DNA from: a virus
Virus record (IMG/VR): IMGVR_UViG_3300032116_000025
DNA length: 64,000 nucleotides
Strand: one strand, 5' to 3'
The translations under genes were made by a program, and so were the position numbers. Position 1 is the first letter of the stretch. Every line of letters starts with the position of its first letter. Shown here piece by piece: positions 28,560 to 38,300 of the stretch. Under the pieces are notes generated by a model. It saw only the letters and a program-made list of their open reading frames with translations, had not been told where the DNA came from and did no database searches.

Positions 28560-31163
28560 CTACCGGCTGCTGTCACCGGTACTTAACGGGTCCACCTGAT
28601 GGGTTTGAAAGGACAACAACCGCCACTCTTGGCGCACAAGGAGCGACCTGGCGTACTTTGAAACCGGCGCCACGTTCCTAGCTACAAGGGCAGACCGGTT
28701 CATCAGCCATGTAGCGTAAGAGACCCCGTCTGCCTCCATAGAAAAGAACGTCTGGACTTCCAGCCCCAAAAATAAGTCTACCGCCCGATCAAACCCTTGC
28801 TCGCGCATCGTTTTGACAGCATTGTCGATCCCGCGCTCCTTAGGAACTGAGTATGCCGCCACGGCGGATCGAAGTGCTGAAAGGTCTGTTTGGTACGTAG
28901 ATAGGGCCCCGCTAATCTGGGAAGAGTACTGGGCACCTCGGATTAGCCTGGACACTAGCTGATCCAGCTTGTCAAAGTTTGTTACGTACTCAGTTAGAGC
29001 AAAGGTTCCTGCGGATCCAGCCACGGTGTTGTATTGAGCTACGCGGTAGCTGCTGATCGAGTACTTCCACGTTCCCGGCTCGTAGGGCACAGGAACGTCT
29101 AAAACGATCCTAGACGTTGTGAGCGACGCTACAGACCTGGTGTAGCTTGTTGAAGGACTTGTAAGGCTGACAGTGTCTCCAACCCGAACCCCGCGGAGCA
29201 GAAAGTCACCAGACCCTACAAGCTCAATCGTGAACAGGCTGGCAGGAGTTTCTGACGCAGAAACAGGGATGCCCAGGGCCACAGAACCTAGCGAGGGAAC
29301 AAGAGCGCCTAGACCTGACGCGGTAGTTGTTCCACGCGCAGCAATCTTCAAAAACTGAGAAAACACGGATGTGCTGATGGATTGATCCGCAAACGGAACG
29401 TTTCGGTCAACCACTATGCGGGCCACCTGCCCGCCACCAACAGCAACCCGGTAGAACCCTGTATTGTCCCGCTGTGCGCCGCTAGAGGCTTGTACTCTTG
29501 TTCCGTCCGGAACTGACCGGTAATCAGGGCCTACGTAGTAAGTGCCTACAAGGGTTGCCGGTACGGGCGAGGACAGTGTTAGCGTTGACCCGGACACACT
29601 AACAATCGAGTAGTCACCCGCTGACGCCAACGGCGCCGTAATTGTAAGGCCCATGCCTGCGCGTATACCAAGCGCCTGAAAGTTCTTTGTGGGGCTTGAT
29701 ACGACAGCAGTGTTGTCAGAGACAAGGTTGGCGCCCGAGTCAACCCGGTTCCAAAGTGTAGCCTCTTCGCCAGGAACGCTTGTTCGTACCCCGGAAAACA
29801 CCGCGAATGTCTTAGACTCTGTAGAGAAGTCAAGAAGCGGTGAAACTGCGGCAAGCGCAGACGCGATCGAAGAAGACTGCTGGGGAATCCCGCGAGCCTC
29901 GTATGGAACTCCAGAAAAAGCCCAGACCACAAAGGCCAGTCTGCTAGGCGTATCTACTAAGAACTGAAGGCTAGACTCGTCCCCGGGGTTTGACGACTGA
30001 AACACCAGCTGGCCTGCGGCTGAGTCCCAGGTAACTAAGACGGCAGGAGCAAACGAAGCCGCAAGGGTTGCCGCTAGCGCAGGGCCATCAACTGCTGGGG
30101 GGCCTACGTAAACTCCAAGGGCCGGAGAGGCTACGATACCTGCACCTAGGTCATACCGAACCGCCGGCGTCTCTCCGCCTGCGTTTGGCACCCACGGGTT
30201 TAGGACGCGGCTTCGAACTTCTGCTCGCGAGTGCTGGGGCAGCGTAAATACATACGGAGCGCCGTTAACTGAAAGAGCTAACGGCGTTGATGGTCCGTAG
30301 TTGTACGGACCAGAAGTTTGCGATTCAACGCTTGCTTCTATCCCCGTCCCGTCAAGAAGGGCTACTTGAGAGGTGTCCCCGGTCAGCGGCATCAGAAGAA
30401 GCTGCGGATTGCGGAAAGACGACGCCTTGGTTAGCATCGTCTTCATGGTCAACAGATCCAGCATTGCCTCGCGACTTTGCTGGATTGCGTTTGGGCCCTC
30501 TAGAGTTTGCTGAACAATGTCGAGCCGATCTTGTATCTTTTTTACAATCGACTGAATGGACGATTGCGGTAACGCTGTCCGATTCAGCTGAGACAACGCA
30601 CCGGCTACGTTCTCCGCCAGCCCGGCGATCTCAGCATGCCTAGCAACCGCGTCGCTCCACAGCGTAGTCAGCTTGGCCCTAAGCTCATCGCCTGTTTCAG
30701 TGACAACACCTCCGACAAGTACGTTTTTGTTTAACTCGTCGGTCACAAACTTGTTGATGCTTCGCCGAAACCTAGCAACGGCCGGCCCGATGCTACCTCG
30801 AACCCCTTGTTGACGAGCGTTTAGGCCAGCGTTTACCTCCAAAATCGCAGCCTTAGCCGCAACTAACTCAGTAGTAGACTTGATGCTCTTTGCTGGTCGG
30901 GTAAGCAAAGGACCTAGCTGGTTGATCTCGTTTAACGCAGCGATCTGCTCGTCTAATAGTGACTGAAGCTTGTTTGAAGCTAGCCAAACTACGTAAAAGA
31001 AGGAGTCTGGTCGCAACAACAGCGTCGCGGTAATCAGATCGTAGACCAAGCTACGGGCGCTTTTAACGTCGCGGGCTCCGGTCTTCGTTACGGCGACCGT
31101 TACCTGTGTAGTCAGGTACCGGTCTACGGCTTCCGCAATTTCCGCTTCCGTAAATCCAGACAC
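28560..31163 (-). CDS. Large virion structural protein (helical ends, beta-module core)
   Basis: 867 aa; shares NF...GV..GD modules with the baseplate proteins. Confidence 0.55.
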   Translation of the reverse strand: MSGFTEAEIAEAVDRYLTTQVTVAVTKTGARDVKSARSLVYDLITATLLLRPDSFFYVVWLASNKLQSLLDEQIAALNEINQLGPLLTRPAKSIKSTTELVAAKAAILEVNAGLNARQQGVRGSIGPAVARFRRSINKFVTDELNKNVLVGGVVTETGDELRAKLTTLWSDAVARHAEIAGLAENVAGALSQLNRTALPQSSIQSIVKKIQDRLDIVQQTLEGPNAIQQSREAMLDLLTMKTMLTKASSFRNPQLLLMPLTGDTSQVALLDGTGIEASVESQTSGPYNYGPSTPLALSVNGAPYVFTLPQHSRAEVRSRVLNPWVPNAGGETPAVRYDLGAGIVASPALGVYVGPPAVDGPALAATLAASFAPAVLVTWDSAAGQLVFQSSNPGDESSLQFLVDTPSRLAFVVWAFSGVPYEARGIPQQSSSIASALAAVSPLLDFSTESKTFAVFSGVRTSVPGEEATLWNRVDSGANLVSDNTAVVSSPTKNFQALGIRAGMGLTITAPLASAGDYSIVSVSGSTLTLSSPVPATLVGTYYVGPDYRSVPDGTRVQASSGAQRDNTGFYRVAVGGGQVARIVVDRNVPFADQSISTSVFSQFLKIAARGTTTASGLGALVPSLGSVALGIPVSASETPASLFTIELVGSGDFLLRGVRVGDTVSLTSPSTSYTRSVASLTTSRIVLDVPVPYEPGTWKYSISSYRVAQYNTVAGSAGTFALTEYVTNFDKLDQLVSRLIRGAQYSSQISGALSTYQTDLSALRSAVAAYSVPKERGIDNAVKTMREQGFDRAVDLFLGLEVQTFFSMEADGVSYATWLMNRSALVARNVAPVSKYARSLLVRQEWRLLSFQTHQVDPLSTGDSSR

Positions 31164-31165
31164 GG

Positions 31166-31504
31166 CTACTCCTTGATGTTGTTGTTTAGCCGCTGGATAT
31201 CACTTCGAGACATTGTGAGCGCAATCTGCCGGATCTGCCGAGGGTCGAGTTCTAGCGTAGAGCAGATGTGCCTAAACGTTAGCCGCCCCTCCCCGTCGCA
31301 CTCTTCCTCGCCGTCCCAAAACAACCAGTCAACCGCGTCTACGTAAAGCTCATACTCATTTGGGTTTTTCTTTTGATCTGCGTTCTCATACAGAACAAAG
31401 TCCCAAACTGCTCGGCGCACGATAGCCACAAGTAGGCGGTGTACCGGAGAGGTGCCACCGCGGAGCCCATCTACGTAGTCGTCGTCTAATCGAATGTCAG
31501 ACAA
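31166..31504 (-). CDS. Small helical hypothetical protein, possible regulator
   Basis: TTG at 31504 overlaps the upstream stop; RLLVAIVRRAVWD...AVDW...TFRHICSTLELDP. Confidence 0.6.
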   Translation of the reverse strand: MSDIRLDDDYVDGLRGGTSPVHRLLVAIVRRAVWDFVLYENADQKKNPNEYELYVDAVDWLFWDGEEECDGEGRLTFRHICSTLELDPRQIRQIALTMSRSDIQRLNNNIKE

Positions 31505-32414
31505 CGGTGATGGGGATGGCTCCTCCAGTAATTCCCGGGTCTGGGATGTAAACGATGGAGGAGTCGCTTCGCGCAGCTCTAAGCGTGGTGGAGCCCGGAA
31601 TGTTGCCGGTGATGACAAGCTGGGAGGCTTGGACGGTAACACTCGCGATATTGGGATCGTCGGTAGACCAAGTAAGGTCTGCATCAGCGGTTCCTGTGAG
31701 GGTGCGGTAGTCGTTAGACGATACCGTAGGAGTTACGGATAGCTGACTACCCGCAGTGACGATCCACGGCGTAGCCGGAGCGTACGTGACGTTTACAATG
31801 ATCGGAAACAGCAGATTAAACAAGTTGACGCTGCTTCGGTCTGGAACGTACACGATCCTCGGCACGTTTTCATGACTTTCGATCGTCACTTGGTAGATTC
31901 CGCTACGGAATAGGTCTACCGAAGCGTACCCTGCACTGTCGGACCTCACCGATACGCGCTCTCCCAGTACACCGTACCCGTCTACTACAAGCGGGCGAAA
32001 GCACGGGATGAAGTGCATGTCTACCCCGGGCCTTACCCGACCGTCTGGCCCCCAAACGTAGCCGGACGCCCGACAAAGCCTAGGATTTGTCGCGGCAGGC
32101 AGCGTAAACATCGACGCTGTTACCACAAAGTTGTTGGCTGCGGTTGGCGCTAGGGCAGGCGGAGAAAATACGTCAACGTACTGAGGAGACTGGATGGCTC
32201 CTCCGTTTACGTAAAAACGGAGCTGGTACGTCACCGGGAAGGGTCCGTCTCCGTTGAGCGTTAGCATCACCTGGCCAGGCAGCGGGGCGCCGGTTGTTGC
32301 CTGTGTGATGAACGTAGTGCCCGTTGCGTCAAAGACGCGGACGACCACGTTATTTACAGGTTGCGGTACTACCTGGTCGTCGTTGACCGATACTAAAACG
32401 GTTTCTAGGGCCAT
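31497..32414 (-). CDS. Ig-like domain (Big_2-type) virion protein
   Basis: LTWSTDDPNIASV...ITGNIPGSTTLRA. Confidence 0.65.
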   Translation of the reverse strand: MALETVLVSVNDDQVVPQPVNNVVVRVFDATGTTFITQATTGAPLPGQVMLTLNGDGPFPVTYQLRFYVNGGAIQSPQYVDVFSPPALAPTAANNFVVTASMFTLPAATNPRLCRASGYVWGPDGRVRPGVDMHFIPCFRPLVVDGYGVLGERVSVRSDSAGYASVDLFRSGIYQVTIESHENVPRIVYVPDRSSVNLFNLLFPIIVNVTYAPATPWIVTAGSQLSVTPTVSSNDYRTLTGTADADLTWSTDDPNIASVTVQASQLVITGNIPGSTTLRAARSDSSIVYIPDPGITGGAIPITVV

Positions 32415-32454
32415 GGCCAGATGTTAACTCAAATGCCGGGCGGCGGGCAGATCG

Positions 32455-34386
32455 TCATACGCCGTACTCAGACCGACTCACGGTGCCCAACGCTTCCTCT
32501 AAGTCAACGTGGTCCAGATCCTTATACTGCTCAGGCTTTGACATCACGTACTTGGGAAGTACCCGGTGAGCAATTCCGGCAGTACCGTGGCCCCTAGCTG
32601 GCCGTAGGTAAGTAGACCCAGGAATGATAGAGTCTGGTCGCCGAATTGCGATCTCTGTCCCTTCAACCTCATAGTCGCGCGATGGCTCTAGGTGCCTAGC
32701 CAGCTCTTCTTGGAACTTTTCCCGACGGTATGCTGCAAGAGCCCCAGTAGCCGCTCGGTTTAACCCGGCGGACTTTGTATACATAGGTTGCCGCGCATAC
32801 TCAGCGCGGGGAGGCTTATCAGCATTTGGAGTCCGGTTCTTTTCCGAGTACAGCGCCCGGGATAGCTGGCTATCCCGATACGGGCTAACCGGATCGTTTT
32901 CCTCTACCTCTCCCTGTTCTTCTCGACGAACCTCTTCAAGCACCCGGTCAGCCAGCGGAGCAAACAGGTGCTTACTGGCCGCAGCCGCCTTTAAGCGTCG
33001 GTGTGCATCATGACGCTCGGGGTTCTGAAACAAGACTACCCGCTTAGTCTTGTCCGACTTTGCGAGGTCTTTTGGCATAATGACGGCCCGGATCTTTTGC
33101 GGATTGAAGTTTACGTCCTTGTACGCGTGCGCAATGAAGTTGGAACACATGACCGTGTTCTTGTCGATCCGCTTGTTTAGCTCAGTGCTCGGCTTTAGCC
33201 CTGCCTTCTCTGCAAGGTAAACCTGGGCAAAGAACGGGAAGTTTTCGTACTTAAACTTGTCGCCCTTAGCCGCAAGCTCTACTGAGCGGCGAACTGCTTC
33301 TTGACGGGTTTTTGTGTCTACCTGTGGACGGACTACAAGAGCGTCGAGCCCTTCGACTGTCTTTGCAAGGGGTCGCGTGTGCAGCTTGTCGTTGAGCATT
33401 TCAACGACCTGCCCCTTGCCAACGTAAATCCCCGTGTGAGCGTGATCCTTGTTGACCGAGTAAGAAAAGGTCCGAAAAACCTTGTCTTTTGCTCGGTCTA
33501 AAAGGCTTCCTTCGGTCAGAGGACGGCCCATCGAAGTTACAACGATGTCGCCGGGCTTAAGCTTCTTGTGGACGTCCGAAAGGTCGGTAGTGATCTTAAA
33601 CCCGCCTACGTCTGCGGCAGACTTCTGGCCTTCTTGCCGTTTAGCCATTTCAAGAAGACGCGTTCCTTTTGCAGCGATTGCGCGCGCCTGCTGCTCGTTC
33701 TGGGGCACAGGCTCGCCCCACGCCTTTGCTGTGAGGGCCAGACGAGTCGGCTCGCCGTTAGGCTTCTTCAAGGGAGGCAGCGGGCTCTGCCCGTAGAAGC
33801 GGCGGGCCCACGAGCCCTTTCGCTTCATGTCCTTCGTCGACATCTCATCGACCGGCTTCTTTACGCCGGGCTTGAGGTCCTTGCTTTCGCCGCTGCGCTC
33901 AAAATGACGACGCCCCGCTTCGGTAAGACCGCCCTCGGGGTTCTTGTGCTTGGCAAGCAGGGCAAGCTTTTGAAACATGGTATTCATCCCAGCCTCTTTG
34001 CGAGCTTCCTGTGCGGCGTCGGTGTTCGCCACAAACTGCTGCCCTTTGCGGGACGCCTCGACCTTCTTTTTGTTGGTGGCCGCCTTCTGCCCCGGGGTGA
34101 GCTTGTCCCATGCCTTCTCGGGCAAGTACCGCCGCATAGTGCCGTCCGGCTTCTCGGCGGGCTTACCGTCTGAGGTCGTCCACTTCTGATCGGTCCACTT
34201 TGCGAGCGACTTCTGCGCGCCCGTGCGCGGGCCCTTGTAGCCACCGCCAGCCGCTTCGTACTTCTGCGCCACGAGCTGCGCCTTACGCGCAGACCACTGG
34301 CCCGGCTTACCGCCGTCTCCAGAAGCCATGACCTGGGACTTGATGCGGTTGCGAAGCTCAGGCTTCGTGTAGTTCTTTTCCGTCAT
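32455..34386 (-). CDS. Multidomain polyprotein-like ORF: DUF5872-like + DUF6321-like + permuted papain-like (YaeF/YiiX) amidase + tail modules
   Basis: GGKPGQWSARKAQL; KHKNPEGGLTEAGR; LKPGDIV...HTGIYVG...CSNFIAHAY; K-x-A motifs at the junctions. Confidence 0.7.
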   Translation of the reverse strand: MTEKNYTKPELRNRIKSQVMASGDGGKPGQWSARKAQLVAQKYEAAGGGYKGPRTGAQKSLAKWTDQKWTTSDGKPAEKPDGTMRRYLPEKAWDKLTPGQKAATNKKKVEASRKGQQFVANTDAAQEARKEAGMNTMFQKLALLAKHKNPEGGLTEAGRRHFERSGESKDLKPGVKKPVDEMSTKDMKRKGSWARRFYGQSPLPPLKKPNGEPTRLALTAKAWGEPVPQNEQQARAIAAKGTRLLEMAKRQEGQKSAADVGGFKITTDLSDVHKKLKPGDIVVTSMGRPLTEGSLLDRAKDKVFRTFSYSVNKDHAHTGIYVGKGQVVEMLNDKLHTRPLAKTVEGLDALVVRPQVDTKTRQEAVRRSVELAAKGDKFKYENFPFFAQVYLAEKAGLKPSTELNKRIDKNTVMCSNFIAHAYKDVNFNPQKIRAVIMPKDLAKSDKTKRVVLFQNPERHDAHRRLKAAAASKHLFAPLADRVLEEVRREEQGEVEENDPVSPYRDSQLSRALYSEKNRTPNADKPPRAEYARQPMYTKSAGLNRAATGALAAYRREKFQEELARHLEPSRDYEVEGTEIAIRRPDSIIPGSTYLRPARGHGTAGIAHRVLPKYVMSKPEQYKDLDHVDLEEALGTVSRSEYGV

Positions 34387-35345
34387 GTGGTCCTAATCGC
34401 AAAGTCAATCTGCGGCTCTTGAATACCAAACTCGTCTTGAACCACAAGCGCGGGGTCAAGCAGATCTACTACGTCTCCGGTCGAAGGCACAAGGATGCGT
34501 CGCACAAATCCGGTACCGTCGATGCTGATGTCCACGGACATTCCGCGGATGAGGCGGATCTCGGCGTAGCCGTTGCGGTCGGTTTCGATTTGCGCGTAGT
34601 GCCGAAAGATGCCCCAACGCCGAGTCTGGTCAACTACGGTGTTCGGCAAAAATGGATTTGCAAAGGTAATCCGGCGCTGCTCAATTGCGTAGCCAGACAG
34701 GTCTGCAAGACGCACGTACCCAACGATTGTTTTTGACGTGGGGATCTTCTGCGCTTGGTTGGCAGGAAACGGAACGCCAACACCCGTAGTCTTTAAGGTT
34801 ACGTTGTGTCGAAACTCTATTCTGTACCAAAAATCTCGGTCGCTATTTTGGTCAGTGTAGAAATACTCGTGCGTGCCGCCCACCAAGATTGTGTCTTGAT
34901 CTTGGCCTACAGCAGCCGCGCCGGTTAGCCCAAGAAATGCCGCCGCTGCGCTTTCTAGGGCTTCTACGCTGGCAGAAGATCCGGTCGTAACCGTAGAAAT
35001 TTTTAGATAACCACCGTCGTCAACTGCCGTAAGAAGGGGCGTAGCCGCAGAAATTGCGGCGGCCGCCTGTGCCGTAGTAACTGGGTCCGGGTCGGCAAAC
35101 GTCACGTTAACCGTAGAGACGCCGTTTACTTTCAGCGTGAGCGTTTTACCGTTGATCTGGTGAGGCGTTGCGGCAGTCCCTTTTATTGAAGCAACCGCGG
35201 GTAAGTCTGCGGTTGCTTGCTCGTAAATCCCGTACTGTCCTGTTCGGCTTCGATACCAGCGAATACGGTTGTACGTCAGGAGCGCCGAAGCGATGTCCTG
35301 CACGAAGTAGCTAAGCTGAATCGGTTGGTTGGTTACGACAGCCAC
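34383..35345 (-). CDS. Virion structural protein
   Basis: 320 aa; C-terminus TDRNGYAEIRLIRG resembles part of 31497-32414. Confidence 0.55.
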   Translation of the reverse strand: MAVVTNQPIQLSYFVQDIASALLTYNRIRWYRSRTGQYGIYEQATADLPAVASIKGTAATPHQINGKTLTLKVNGVSTVNVTFADPDPVTTAQAAAAISAATPLLTAVDDGGYLKISTVTTGSSASVEALESAAAAFLGLTGAAAVGQDQDTILVGGTHEYFYTDQNSDRDFWYRIEFRHNVTLKTTGVGVPFPANQAQKIPTSKTIVGYVRLADLSGYAIEQRRITFANPFLPNTVVDQTRRWGIFRHYAQIETDRNGYAEIRLIRGMSVDISIDGTGFVRRILVPSTGDVVDLLDPALVVQDEFGIQEPQIDFAIRTT

Positions 35346-35356
35346 GGCGTCCTCCG

Positions 35357-35761
35357 TTACTTGGTCCGCTTCTCATCAGGACGGAACTGTAGCGTAGGGT
35401 CCGCCTGTGGATCTAGGTCTGTGCGCGGTGTCTGCGGGTTCTCGGGCCCGTCATCATCGCGCATTGCCTGCATCGGCGTATCAAGCGGTCGCAGCAGCGC
35501 GGGGTCCGCTTGCGGGTTCAGGCCGGTAGCAGTTGTCTGCACCGACGCCGGGCCGGGATCGTCTTGGTGGTAGCTGCTTACGTCCGGGCTGAAGGCAAAA
35601 CCTTCTGGCAGGAAAAGGACAACCTGCCCATCAGCCAAGGTAAAAACTTTTACCTCGGCAAGCCCAGCGACGATAAAGACCTGTAATGGCTGGGGATTTA
35701 GGCCGTAAGTGTTCTGCGTCCCGCGCTGGTTCAGCCCCGCCGTGAGCGTAGTGAACATCAT
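35357..35761 (-). CDS. Hypothetical protein with short L[ND]PQADP repeats
   Basis: 134 aa, coupled start. Confidence 0.6.
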   Translation of the reverse strand: MMFTTLTAGLNQRGTQNTYGLNPQPLQVFIVAGLAEVKVFTLADGQVVLFLPEGFAFSPDVSSYHQDDPGPASVQTTATGLNPQADPALLRPLDTPMQAMRDDDGPENPQTPRTDLDPQADPTLQFRPDEKRTK

Positions 35762-36246
35762 GGCGGTAAGATCGGGGCCTTACGCTTGGTCTGAACACCA
35801 GCCTGCGTTGTAACGGTGTCGCCGGGCGGGCCATTGTCTGTCTCTAGCGGCCACCGCTGACGGATCGTGGTGCCGTCATCGTCGTAGAGCACAAGCTCCT
35901 GTGTGCTGAGGTTGACCTCAAGGCGGTTGATCGCCGTCTTTCGCAAGACGGCAACCGCGTCAAGTAGGTCATACTCACCAACCAGCACGTCGCAGGCAAA
36001 CATATCCTGGGCGGGAGTCAACACTGTCGCGTACCACAGACCGGTCTGGTCCGGGGTAAACTCGGCGTAGTAGTACCCAGAGCCAATCTCCGACACCGTG
36101 AGCGGCTGCGCGGAGAGCGCGTCTTCTCGAACCAGCGCCTTTGTAAACGAGGCGTTTGCTAGGCCAGTGAGCGGGCTGATGCCGTCTACGTCAGTGACGT
36201 AAAACGGAACCTTCAGCGTCTCGTTGATGCCTGCTGTGAGGGCCAC
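35758..36246 (-). CDS. Putative virion protein
   Basis: SEIGSGYYYAEFTPDQTGLW, LVLYDDDGTT. Confidence 0.55.
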   Translation of the reverse strand: MALTAGINETLKVPFYVTDVDGISPLTGLANASFTKALVREDALSAQPLTVSEIGSGYYYAEFTPDQTGLWYATVLTPAQDMFACDVLVGEYDLLDAVAVLRKTAINRLEVNLSTQELVLYDDDGTTIRQRWPLETDNGPPGDTVTTQAGVQTKRKAPILPP

Positions 36247-36267
36247 GGCGACATCTTACCGCAAATA

Positions 36268-36924
36268 CTAGTACTTGCCTACGCCGCGCGGGTCCCACTC
36301 AGGAGGGATCGTCTTGCCGTCACGCCAGACCTTTTCGGGCTGCGTCTTGAGGCCAAGCACGGCAACTCCGTACTCCATCACCACGCGCTTCCAAATGCCC
36401 TCACCGGGGTCACTTGGCTTTTGCCCGTTGGACTGCCGATGTCCCCAGATGAACTCGATGGGCATCCCCGCTGCGCGGCCGTTGTCCACAAGCCACTTCA
36501 GCGCAGCGCGGAAAGTGTCAACAGCTTCATCGGTAAGTGGGCTTGGGTTTCCACCCCATACCGCAGTGGGCTTACTGAGCTGGCCCGGATAGCTGCCTTC
36601 GCATTCCAACCCAAGAGAGAAGGCGTTTAGCTCGTTGCCGTGGTAAAGGTACCAGTCCAGCGGGGCTGCGGCAACAAACACCCCATCACGAAAGGCAGTT
36701 ACGTGCGCAGGGATATTGAGAGCGCGGCGGTGCGCTTTGGCTCGGTCAGCGGCAGGCCCGAAGACACACGCTGTCTGATGGATGCCGATTCCGGTGATCG
36801 TCTTGGGGTTACGAACAGCCGTCTTGCCCGCGACGACCTTCGACGTGTTGACGACCTTTCCGTTGACTTGTTTAGCGGGGAACGGATTCTTTTGTTCTGA
36901 TCGAAGGTCGAGAAGGGTAGGCAT
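36268..36924 (-). CDS. Endolysin, N-acetylmuramoyl-L-alanine amidase (Amidase_2-like)
   Basis: IGIHQTA, PAH, SLGLECEG, WGHRQS..KPSDPG; start MPTLL at 36924 follows the upstream stop. Confidence 0.85.
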   Translation of the reverse strand: MPTLLDLRSEQKNPFPAKQVNGKVVNTSKVVAGKTAVRNPKTITGIGIHQTACVFGPAADRAKAHRRALNIPAHVTAFRDGVFVAAAPLDWYLYHGNELNAFSLGLECEGSYPGQLSKPTAVWGGNPSPLTDEAVDTFRAALKWLVDNGRAAGMPIEFIWGHRQSNGQKPSDPGEGIWKRVVMEYGVAVLGLKTQPEKVWRDGKTIPPEWDPRGVGKY

Positions 36925-36925
36925 T

Positions 36926-37846
36926 TCAGTTCCCCTCGTTGATGGTCTGGCGCGACAGAATATCGCAAGAGACAATAGCCGGTCGGTCGGAGAGCGTGGT
37001 GTGCGCGGGGTCAAACCCGATCTCAAATGAGACGTAGTACCCCGCCACAAATCCCGCGGCAGCCGCGTTTCCTGTACGGTGGACAACCCGCGTCAGGAGC
37101 CCGGCATCATCGTAGGTGTCGTCAAGCGTAAGAGTGCCCGTAGGCGGCGCTGTTACGTCTTGAGAGCCACCGTTGAACACGGTGTAGTTGATGACCCACC
37201 GTACGGTTGCGCCGGACTGGTTGGTGTTGACGTTCTTCGTCCAATGGATGTGGAACGAGGCGTCGGAGACGTAGGATGTCGGGATCTTGCAGTACCCGTA
37301 CACCTTGTCGATGTCCTTCTTGTAGTGAAGGACGACCAAGGTGCCCATCAACTCGACATCCGGAGCAATGCCAGGCACGAAAGTCGCGCTGGTTGGGGTA
37401 ATCCCTGGGGTGTGGATGACGCGCGTTGCACTCTCGGTGGCGAGGTCTCCTACCGCTTGGTACGTCCACTTCGTGCCGTCCCACTTCAGCAGATCACCAA
37501 CCGCCGGGGCAGCCGCGTCTAAGGGGCGGGTGTCGAGCCCCTTTACAGTCGCCGATTGGATTCCGGTACCGAGAGCGGTTTCGACATCGTTCGTTAGCTG
37601 GGTGATGCCGCCAGCCGCCCCGCCAGCAACCTGATCCGCGAGCCAATCAAGGGCGTCGGGAACGTTGTCGGGCGGAGGAGCGCCCCAGTCAGAGGGGTCG
37701 TCTGGAGTGTAGGGAAACGGGTCGAATTGCGCGCCCCAGGTGTCGATGTCTACCCGCAGATCAAAGATTTCGCTCTTCAGCCCGCTACCCGGACGAAGTA
37801 GATGCGGGTGGATGGCGCTGTATTCGCGAAACCGTTTGATCGTCAT
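36926..37846 (-). CDS. Fibre/whisker-like virion protein
   Basis: ITQLTNDV...AAPAVGDLLKWDGTKW phage fibre repeat; start at 37846 after GAGGAG. Confidence 0.6.
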   Translation of the reverse strand: MTIKRFREYSAIHPHLLRPGSGLKSEIFDLRVDIDTWGAQFDPFPYTPDDPSDWGAPPPDNVPDALDWLADQVAGGAAGGITQLTNDVETALGTGIQSATVKGLDTRPLDAAAPAVGDLLKWDGTKWTYQAVGDLATESATRVIHTPGITPTSATFVPGIAPDVELMGTLVVLHYKKDIDKVYGYCKIPTSYVSDASFHIHWTKNVNTNQSGATVRWVINYTVFNGGSQDVTAPPTGTLTLDDTYDDAGLLTRVVHRTGNAAAAGFVAGYYVSFEIGFDPAHTTLSDRPAIVSCDILSRQTINEGN

Positions 37847-37856
37847 AACGCACTCC

Positions 37857-38300
37857 TCACGACGCGACCTCAAACCACCTGTAGGTCACACCCAGCGCGC
37901 TAGGAGCCCCGGTGTGTACGATCTGAACTCGCAGATACAGGCCCGCCGCGATCTGCCCGGCGGTGGTCGCGTCTAACGTGCCGTTGTAGTCAAACGGAGC
38001 CAAAGGCATCTGATCGACGTACGTGGTTAAGACGGCTCCCGCTCCACGCCCGAGGATGTCATCTACATCCACTACTTGGAGAGTCACGGTGTCGCCTACA
38101 GAGGCACCCCGTGACCAGAAGAACCCGCCCTGAAGCCTCACCGCCTGTTCTAGGCGCAGGTCAAAGGAGTAGGTGCCTGCGGCAGGGACGGGACACAGTT
38201 GCCCACAAAACCGCGCACCCTCCGCAGAGTAGGCGTAGGCGCTCTGAGCGACTACCGGAGCGCCATCTTGGCCGCGCAGCCCGCCAGCAATAGTGCCCAT
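37857..38300 (-). CDS. Putative virion protein
   Basis: 147 aa, beta-rich, GDTVTLQVVDVDDILG. Confidence 0.55.
   Translation of the reverse strand: MGTIAGGLRGQDGAPVVAQSAYAYSAEGARFCGQLCPVPAAGTYSFDLRLEQAVRLQGGFFWSRGASVGDTVTLQVVDVDDILGRGAGAVLTTYVDQMPLAPFDYNGTLDATTAGQIAAGLYLRVQIVHTGAPSALGVTYRWFEVAS

Noticed and set aside
31505-31684. Long N-terminal extensions given by the ORF track (also 8709-8786, 11684-11737, 36925-37086, 40874-40933)
   Set aside because: They overlap upstream genes; downstream starts coupled to the previous stop or an RBS are more plausible
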